DNA of 8,920 nt from Octopus sinensis (taxonomy: Eukaryota): positions 1-8,920 of the forward strand of contig NW_021828260.1 of the NCBI RefSeq assembly GCF_006345805.1. The letters run 5' to 3'. The notes beneath the pieces were generated by a model, which worked only from the letters and a program-made list of their open reading frames with translations, made no database searches and was not told the DNA's origin. Below, piece after piece: positions 1-6,736 of the stretch; the first letter of the stretch is position 1; each line of letters opens with the position of its first letter. Position numbers and translations under genes: made by a program.

Positions 1-729
1 TGTGTCTTAGACGGATCTATGGCATTAATGTGGACGACCGCATCAGTGATCTTGAAATATTGGCTCTCGGTGTGAAAGTGTAGAAGAGCTCTTGTGTTAA
101 AGCGAAGGCTCAGATGGAGTGGTCATCTGGTCAGGATGAAGGATTCAAGGATGCCAAAACACTCTTTCATGGAGAGTTAGCTAAAGGAGAACAACCTCCA
201 CATAAACCAAAAGAGAGGTATAAGGACTTGCTGAAGGCTTCCTTAAAAGATGCTTGCATCTCTCCTGACACATGGGAAGGCATAGTTATTGATCGTAGCT
301 GGTGGAGAAGGATTGTGTACGAGGGGACAGCCACTTTGAGAAATCTCGAGTGGCACATAAGAAAGTAAGGAGGGATGTCAGGAAGCGCATCGCTGATACA
401 CTTCCAGATGGGAAGGGTCTTCCTATGATGCTGACATGCAGTGTCTGTGCAAGACCCTGCCTCAAAAAGCTGGACTCAAGAGTCATCTTCGTAGTCATAA
501 GCGAGAAAGATGAGTGACAACCTGGCCACTGGTGGTGGTGTAACACACCATACAAATAATATCTGCCGGGCATGCAAAAGAGAGTGTAATTCGGCAGGAG
601 GACTTAAAAACATGCACAGGTACATGAAGCCCAGTTACAACTACAGCCGGCTATTACCGGTAAAGGTTTTAGTTGCCAATTCTGTACAAGACTGGGCTAA
701 AAAGTCACATTCGATCACACCGCCAGTAA
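1..729 (+). mobile_element. RTE-clade non-LTR retrotransposon (LINE), 3' end of the RT-bearing ORF (post-RT region and C-terminal zinc fingers), frameshifted; continues upstream of the window
   Basis: Stitched + frames read CLRRIYGINVDDRISDLEILA (3-65) / CESVEELL / LKRRLRWSGHLVRMKDSRMPK / LFHGELAKGEQPPHKPKERYKDLLKASLKDACISPDTWEGIVIDRSWWRRIVYEGTAT / FEKSRVAHKKVRRDVRKR. This matches the RTE/BovB C-terminal signature (CLRRI...LRWxGHxxRM...PKxLxxGEL...RYKD...DRxxWR). Stop TAA at 727-729. Confidence 0.9.
437..720 (+). pseudogene. Three tandem C2H2 zinc-finger motifs at the C-terminus of the RTE ORF
   Basis: ZF1 437-498: CSVCARPCLK(K)AGLKSHLRSH. ZF2 564-625: CRACKRECNSAGGLK(x)HAQVH. ZF3 674-720: CQFCTR[~16 nt missing]GLKSHIRSH. 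ZF1 and ZF2 fit C-x2-C-x12-H-x3-H exactly once one A is restored in the A5 runs at 464-468 and 606-610. Confidence 0.85.
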
Positions 730-980
730 CAGTTAAGCTTGAAATATGTTACAAAATGAAAATATAAAATACACGTGAAAATTTAAGGGGAGAATAAAAA
801 AAAATCAACGAAAATGCACAGTGTAAATAAAAAAAGAAAAAGCTTTTTATGAAAGGTAACGACAGATATATACTTTTAGATGGGATGAGGTAGTAATAAA
901 AGTCATTATTACGAGATGATTAAAGAGTCAGAAAGCAAAGCATACCATGGTTTCGTCATAAGCTATTCGTTCCCCCGCCC

Positions 981-1045
981 TATATATATATATAATATAT
1001 ATATATACATTATATATATACATATATATATACATATATATAATA

Positions 1046-1109
<64 letters not shown>

Positions 1110-1165
1110 GTATATACATGTAATAACTACGTATATTACATATGCATATATATAATATATATATA

Positions 1166-1204
<39 letters not shown>

Positions 1205-1212
1205 TACATATG
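981..1212. repeat. (TA)n microsatellite, interrupted
   Basis: Direct reading of the sequence; it accounts for the IYIY ORFs at 916-1229. Confidence 0.97.
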
Positions 1213-1387
1213 CAGTCAGATCTAGTCAAGTAATTTGCCTCATTTGTTTGTTAAATCTAGTTGGAACCGATAGATAAGAGAAAATCATTTGGCCATTATA
1301 TTTGATTGACTGTAGTTGTTGATTTTTTCGTAGAAGCTATTGGCCTGAAGCAGGGTTAGGTGTTTATGTAGTTTTCTGATGGTAGTA

Positions 1388-1582
1388 GGGACAAACAGAG
1401 GCACACAATCGTACACATATATACACTTCTGTACGACGGGCTTTTTTCAGTTTCCGATACGAAATCGAATCATAAGGATTTAGTCGACCCGGGACGATAG
1501 AAGAAAACACTCGTCTAAGCTGCCACGCGGTGGGACTGCACCAGGAACCGTGTGGTTGGTAAGCAGGCAACCCCCCACTGAG
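1388..1582 (-). mobile_element. tRNA-derived SINE (family A, octopus-type), diverged; head plus start of body
   Basis: The reverse complement reads ...ttgcctgcttaccaaccacacggttcctggtgcagtcccaccgcgtggcagcttagacgagtgttttctt... and aligns collinearly with the + copy at 1630-1772. It has a degenerate B box (ggtgcagtccc). The segment from 1388 to about 1410 is the reverse complement of the body start seen at 1893-1913. Confidence 0.85.
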
Positions 1583-1590
1583 ATATATTT

Positions 1591-1624
<34 letters not shown>
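1583..1624. repeat. (CA)n(TA)n compound microsatellite between the two SINE heads
   Basis: Direct reading of the sequence. Confidence 0.9.
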
Positions 1625-1682
1625 TGATAGGCGTAGGAATGGCTTTGTGATAAGTAGCTTCCCTACGAAACGCAGTGTTCTT

Positions 1683-1693
1683 GGTTCAATCCC
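1683..1693 (+). promoter_or_regulatory. RNA Pol III internal promoter B box of the SINE
   Basis: GGTTCAATCCC fits the tRNA B-box consensus GGTTCRANTCC-like, at normal spacing from the A-box-like motif at 1640-1650. Confidence 0.7.
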
Positions 1694-1774
1694 ACTGCAT
1701 GGTATCTTGGGCTAGTGTCTTCTACTATAGACTCGTGCCGACCAATCCTTGTGAGTGGAATTGATAGGCGGAGC

Positions 1775-1841
1775 ATACACACACACACACACACACTCAC
1801 ACAAACATATATATATACATATATGTGTGTGTGTGGGGGGC

Positions 1842-1889
<48 letters not shown>

Positions 1890-1892
1890 CAC
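1775..1892. repeat. (CA)n/(TA)n/(TG)n compound microsatellite inside SINE A
   Basis: Direct reading of the sequence. Confidence 0.92.
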
Positions 1893-2058
1893 GTTTGTAT
1901 GTCTGTTTATCCCTCCAACACCGCTTGACAACCAGTGCTGGTGTGTTCATGTCCCCGTAACTTAGCGTTTCGTCATAAGAGAAAATAGATTAAATACTAG
2001 GCCTACAAAAAATAAGTATTGGGTTCGAATTTCGCGAATAAAGCGCTGCTGCGCAGGA

Positions 2059-2081
2059 ATATATATATTGTGTATATATAT

Positions 2082-2118
<37 letters not shown>
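2059..2118. repeat. (TA)n microsatellite
   Basis: Direct reading of the sequence. Confidence 0.95.
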
Positions 2119-2123
<5 letters not shown>

Positions 2124-2341
2124 CGTGAGCTGTCTAGAGTAAACATTTCTGAGAGAAATTTTCTTTAAGTAGTAGAAATGGCTAAAAAAATTTTTGGCTG
2201 CTATTCTACTAAGTCCAGTATGTGGCAATAATTTATTTACTAAGCCCTAATTATATAATGTAATATTGAATTCGCCTTAAATGTCCTTTTACATACTGAA
2301 CACTTGGTGAAATTGATTAATTAATTTTACCCTCATTGTTG

Positions 2342-2378
<37 letters not shown>

Positions 2379-2388
2379 TGTGTGTGTG
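2342..2388. repeat. (TA)n(TG)n microsatellite
   Basis: Direct reading of the sequence. Confidence 0.93.
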
Positions 2389-2389
2389 G

Positions 2390-2495
2390 CCGATAGTTTA
2401 AATACTAGGCCTACAAAGTATAAGTCCTGGTGTCGATTAGCACGAATAAAGGCATTGCTCCACCATGGCCGCAGTCAAATAATTGAAAAATTAAG
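2390..2495 (+). mobile_element. SINE family A 3' fragment (headless)
   Basis: ccgatagtttaaatactaggcctacaaagtataagtcctggtgtcgattagcacgaataaaggcattgctccaccatggccgcagtcaaat is collinear with 1985-2057 and shares an exact 20-mer with it. It then continues into the family's 3' end. Confidence 0.85.
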
Positions 2496-2828
2496 TGTAT
2501 AAAATAGAAAATAACCAGAAAAGTTTATCTTCTCTTAACTACATAATTAAGGGAGATAACTGAAAATCAACTTTTAGAGTTACTTCCCTTTACATATTAA
2601 TAAAAGACATGACAGTTTAAGATGTAGGTGCGTTTGTTTTTCGCATGCGAAGGGCACGCTTGCATTCCTGCAGGAAGAGACAAACATACGCATGCAAATT
2701 TTCTGCTGTTAACTTTAACAAATACACATTATAATTTACATTTAATTACACCCGAAAACTATGTAAAGTACTCACCCTATCCAGTACTAACCTTTGGACA
2801 TGATCGGGTTTTCTTTTGTTTTAGATAG

Positions 2829-2910
2829 TATATATGCGTATGTGGGTATAGACACGTCTATATGTATGAATGCATTTATATGTATAAAATTATATATATA
2901 TATATATATA

Positions 2911-2944
<34 letters not shown>

Positions 2945-2961
2945 ATAATGTATATATGTAT
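2829..2961. repeat. Degenerate (TA)n/(TATG)n microsatellite abutting the CR1 5' end
   Basis: Direct reading of the sequence. Confidence 0.9.
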
Positions 2962-2963
2962 GA

Positions 2964-4321
2964 AACAAATCGCTTGCCGTGAATTACCGTCAATCTCACT
3001 CACCTCTCATATCATTAAGTATTTGAGAGAGTGCTGAATCGCGTATGACTCACTTCCTTGAGAGTCATAATGCTGAACTCCAACCAGCATGGAATCCGTA
3101 ATGGAAGAGATTGCCTGACGCAGCTACTGCATCATTTTGAGAGCCTTGGGAGAGGGTCCCAACACTGATGTCATCTTCCTCGATTTCAGCAAGGCCTTTG
3201 ACAGGGTTGATCATAAGATCCTTTTGAGAAAGCTGTCCAATATTGGTGTCACTGGAAAGCTGCTGCAGTGGATCAAGTGCTCCCTGTCTAACAGAATCCA
3301 ACATGTTGTAGTCGAAGGAGTCAAATCCAGCCCAGCCGAAGTCAGCAGTGGTGTCCCACAAGGCACTGTCTTGGGCCCACTTCTCTTCATCATCTACATT
3401 AATGATATTACTGACACCATCAAACACAATAACATCAGAACTTTCGCTGATGATTCCAAGCTCCAGAAGGTCATCAATGGCGTGGATGACCGAATAAGCC
3501 TTCAGTCAGACCTACTGGCTGTTCTCCAATGGGCGGAAAAGAATAACATGTTACTAAACGAAGACAAATTCGAACTGATCCACTTTGGAAGGGAGGACGC
3601 TCTCTAAACTCCCATACTCTCTTCCTTCTGAAAATTCTCATGGCGTCTAACAACATCAGAGACTTGGGAGTAACAGTGGACAACAACATAAGCTGGGCTA
3701 CACATATAAGCAGCAAAGTTGATATGGCCCGCAGAATGTGTTCCTGGATTCTCAGAACCTTCCAGACGAGAGATTCCCACACCATTATCCTTCTCTTCTC
3801 CACTTTTGCCCGACCCCACCTTGAATACTGCTGTTCACTGTGGTCTCCCTACACAAAACAAAATATTATGAGAATTGAAGCTCCCCAAAGGTCAATCACA
3901 AAAAAGGTAGATGGCATGTCAGACCTTGACTACTGGGGTAGACTAGAGAAACTGAAACTGTATTCACTCCAACGACGCCGTGAACGCTATATTATCTGTA
4001 TGATGTGGAAAATATTCCATCAGCACTGTCCGAATGATGTTGGCATCACCTTCAAAATACCTCCAAGGCTTGGACCACGTGCCATCCGTCCACAACAAAA
4101 ATCTAAATCGCATCACATAACAACAATATCATTCCATCTCAATTGGAACCGCTCTCTTCAACATTACACCAGGACACGTCAAAACAGAAACTGACCACAC
4201 AAAATTCAAGAAGTCTTTGGACAAATTCCTTCAAACAGTCCCGGACAAACCACCCACACCCGGATATGTCTCCGCAAACAATAACTGTCTGCTCGAATGG
4301 GCCTTGGTGCCCAAATCCTGA
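2964..4321 (+). pseudogene. Reverse transcriptase ORF2 remnant of the CR1-group LINE (frameshifted; no endonuclease domain present)
   Basis: Supplied ORFs 3137-3607 and 3640-4194, plus hand-translated segments 2964-3136 and 4139-4321, join into one RT-to-C-terminus reading. Confidence 0.9.
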
Positions 4322-4408
4322 ATTGAAAGACTTCGCCAGGTGGTGCTATTAAGTTAGACATGGCCTGGGCCAATGCTGGCCAAAACCTTTCTAAGTTATT
4401 CTAAGTTA
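2964..4408 (+). mobile_element. CR1-group non-LTR retrotransposon (LINE), 5'-truncated: RT domain, C-terminus, 3' UTR and terminal repeat
   Basis: Starts at NKSLAVNYR(P)ISLTSHIIK(V)FERVL (2964 onward), then NQHGIRNGRDCLTQLLHHF, DVIFLDFSKAFDRVDH, GVPQGTVLGPLLF (3350 onward), FADD (3443-3454), RDLGVTVD, RPHLEYCCSLWSPY, LQRRRERY and FKKSLDKFLQTVPDKP, with stop TGA at 4319-4321. The 3' UTR ends in (TTCTAAGTTA)2 at 4389-4408. Confidence 0.93.
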
Positions 4409-4582
4409 TATAGATAAATATATATATATTATAATATATATATAATATATCTATATACATGTATGTATATATGTATGTATATATTATGTATATATGTATG
4501 TATATATGTATGTATGTATATATCTATATATATCTATATATATAATGCATGCATATAACTATATTATATGTATGTATATATA

Positions 4583-4628
<46 letters not shown>

Positions 4629-4855
4629 TACATGTATGTATATATGTATGTATATATGTATTTATGTATATATGTATGTATGTGTATATATATATATATC
4701 TATATATATATACATGCATATAACTATATATATATATACATACATACATACATACATGTATATATTTATGTATATATGTATGTATGCATATATATATAAT
4801 ATACATGTATATATATATTTGTCTGTATGAGTATAAGCGTATGTATGAGTATGTA
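4409..4855. repeat. Compound (TA)n/(TATG)n/(TACA)n microsatellite
   Basis: Direct reading of the sequence; it accounts for ORFs 4549-4830 and 4564-4806. Confidence 0.96.
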
Positions 4856-5482
4856 TGAGAAGGAGAAATTATTTTTAAAGAATATTGTTTACTTTAATAT
4901 TTGTGTCTTTGTGAAATAGATGTTGGTTGGATTATGTTCTTCATTATTTTTGTATTAATGGCGGGGGAGAAGGATGGCGTTCCAGTGTCTTTTGTTTATT
5001 TTAACTCATAAAATTATGTATAATTAAAATTACTTCATCAGTAAATGAAGGACTTAAAAATATCCTTCCCCCCCATCCGCATCCACTCTAATACTCCAAT
5101 ATAAATATGTTTAATAGGTAATTCCAGCCTGAAGAATTCAATGTTATATAATAATGATAAGTCATTAAAGGCATCATTATGAAAACATATTCAAAATTTG
5201 GTTATTAATAACCAAATAGTAGAAACCGATTGACAAGATGAGACATTTCAAATAGATTTTTTTTATAATGAACTGCTGTCAAATGTAAATAAAGGAAATG
5301 TTAACACAGGAGATAATGACTGCGAACGATCTGCTAATTAAAGCGCAATTAGCAACATGGGTGATGGTTTAATTAGCAACACTCACTGGTAAAGAAAAAC
5401 AGGGATTACCTCCCCTTGCCTTTCAACTCCATCCAAGCATGTTCCATGCATTAAATACCTGCCAGTTGTTACTTGGGGATTC

Positions 5483-5590
5483 GACAGGATTTTTAGCGGA
5501 TTGCTTAGAATGTATTGAAGTAGTCATTCTGGCATTCTGTGCCCTGAGTTCAATCCCATCAACGTCAACTTTGCTTTTTCATTCTTTCAA
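5483..5590 (+). mobile_element. Old, degenerate copy of tRNA-derived SINE family B
   Basis: B box gagttcaatccc (5546-5557) followed by gtcaactttgctttttcattctttc (5564-5588), collinear with 6529-6571. Boundaries are approximate. Confidence 0.6.
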
Positions 5591-5632
5591 TACACATCAG
5601 GTACTGAAAGGAATACATCATTATATTTTGCA

Positions 5633-5660
5633 CTCTCTCATTCTCTCTCTTTCCTCCCTC

Positions 5661-5692
<32 letters not shown>

Positions 5693-5700
5693 TTTTCTTT
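5633..5700. repeat. (CT)n microsatellite / polypyrimidine tract
   Basis: Direct reading of the sequence. Confidence 0.93.
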
Positions 5701-6011
5701 GAAAGATTTCCACTGTGGTTTAACAGAGAGAGGGGTTAGCTACATCATGTTTAAAATACCCAATATGAGTGTGAGGAAGGCTCCTTATGATTCTGACAAC
5801 ATATGATGACTGAAGACGGGAATGGATATGAATAGACCCCCTCATCAATAGATATACCCAATACTCAATCCTATTGAACAACCACAGTTATCTGTGGTAG
5901 TAGTAAGTACATCAAATAAAAATGCTATCTGATGCGTCTACTGAAAATCTAAGCAGGGTCCTGTCAAACTGTTCCTGTCTATTTATTTGCACAAGCTAAT
6001 AATGAACCAAT

Positions 6012-6202
6012 GAGAGATCGTGTATGTGGTGGTTAGGTCTGTTAGATGTAGCAGCCACATCTGCCTCGTATCTTAAAACAAGGACATGTGAACTCACATG
6101 GTTATATGGTCATTGCAAATAGGAAAAAGACAGGATGGTCACAGCTAGAATGCTTTTGATCTCAGGCCTGCGCAGTCAGGGTTGACCAAGGGCTAAACAG
6201 CA
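6012..6202 (+). mobile_element. Probable 3' fragment of an unclassified interspersed repeat (octopus-type)
   Basis: Motifs tagcagccacatctgcctc, aaaaagacaggatggtcacagctagaatgcttttgatc and cagggttgaccaagggctaaacagc resemble a repeat I recall from Octopus sequence. There is no second copy in the window, so this rests on recall only. Confidence 0.45.
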
Positions 6203-6238
6203 CATTTTATATAGTATTGTTGTTGTTATTGTTGTTAA

Positions 6239-6420
6239 GGTGACGGAAATGTGAGCACATCAGGCAAAACGCTTAGTAGCATTTCTTCTGACTTTACATT
6301 CCAAATTCTGATTACCATGAAGCTGACTTTGCCTTTCATCCTGTTAGGGTCAGTAAAGTAGGTACCAGTTGAGTACTGGGGTTGATTAATGGACTATATA
6401 TTCCACTTTACCAAAATTGT
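6239..6420 (+). mobile_element. tRNA-derived SINE family B, diverged (B box disrupted)
   Basis: Collinear with 6458-6666 (gcacatcaggcaaaacgcttagtagcattt; gactttgcctttcatcct; ccagttgagtactggggttgat; ccaaaatt). Confidence 0.82.
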
Positions 6421-6426
6421 TTTTAT

Positions 6427-6457
6427 CTTCATCATCATCATCATCATTATCATTATT
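6427..6457. repeat. (ATC)n/(ATT)n short microsatellite
   Basis: Direct reading of the sequence. Confidence 0.85.
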
Positions 6458-6666
6458 GCGGCAAGATGGCAGAAACATTAGCACATTGGACAAAATGCTT
6501 AGCAGCATTTTATTCACCTTTATGTTCTGAGTTCAAATTCTACCAAGGTAGACTTTGACTTTCATCCTTTCAGGGTCAATAAATTAACTATCAGTGAAAC
6601 ACTGGGGTCATTGTAATTGACTAATCATCCTTCCCCAAATTTCAGGCCTTCTGCCTTTAGTAGAAG
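6458..6666 (+). mobile_element. tRNA-derived SINE family B, near full length
   Basis: A-box-like tggcagaaac (6467 onward), B box gagttcaaattc (6529-6540), central gactttgactttcatcctttcagggtcaataaattaactatcag, and 3' ccttccccaaatttcaggccttctgcctttagtagaa followed by (TTA)n. Confidence 0.88.
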
Positions 6667-6686
6667 TTATTATCATTATTATTATA

Positions 6687-6718
<32 letters not shown>

Positions 6719-6736
6719 TATTATTATTCATTATCA
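6667..6736. repeat. (ATT)n microsatellite
   Basis: Direct reading of the sequence. Confidence 0.95.

Larger units (their letters stand above)
1630..2057 (+). mobile_element. tRNA-derived SINE (family A), near full length, with internal microsatellite
   Basis: Head ggcgtaggaatggctttgtgataagtagc with A-box-like tggctttgtga (1640-1650) and B box ggttcaatccc (1683-1693). Internal (CA)/(TA)/(TG) tract at about 1775-1892. Body ...gcttgacaaccagtgctggtgtgttcatgtccccgtaacttagcg...tactaggcctacaaa.... Recognised from memory as an abundant Octopus SINE; the family name (e.g. OK/OR1/OR2) needs a library search. Confidence 0.88.

Noticed and set aside
510-767. 85-aa ORF as a standalone host zinc-finger gene
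   Set aside because: It is one frame segment of the RTE C-terminus. ZF2 is completed in another frame and there are no TGEKP linkers.
793-841. AATAAA plus A-runs as the poly(A) tail of the RTE
   Set aside because: The runs are short, in A-rich context, and RTEs usually end in short tandem repeats. The element's 3' boundary cannot be fixed.
975-990. GC box (CCGCCC) followed by a TATA-like sequence
   Set aside because: The TATA is the start of a microsatellite, and no downstream gene is evident.
916-1229. IYIY-rich ORFs (also 1663-2228, 2787-2999, 4549-4830)
   Set aside because: They are translations of (TA)n/(CA)n tracts, which lack stop codons by construction.
1320-1365. Possible micro-exon after ttttttcgtag
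   Set aside because: The donor is weak, and there is no recognisable peptide or partner exon.
1683-1693. tRNA genes at the B boxes (also 5546 and 6529)
   Set aside because: No cloverleaf or acceptor stem is present. These are SINE heads.
3065-3819. Minus-strand ORFs over the CR1 (also 167-573 over the RTE and 8240-8861 over the Tx1)
   Set aside because: They are antisense shadows of RT coding sequence with no independent motifs.
5439-5702. 87-aa + strand ORF
   Set aside because: It spans a decayed SINE and a (CT)n tract and has no protein-like features.
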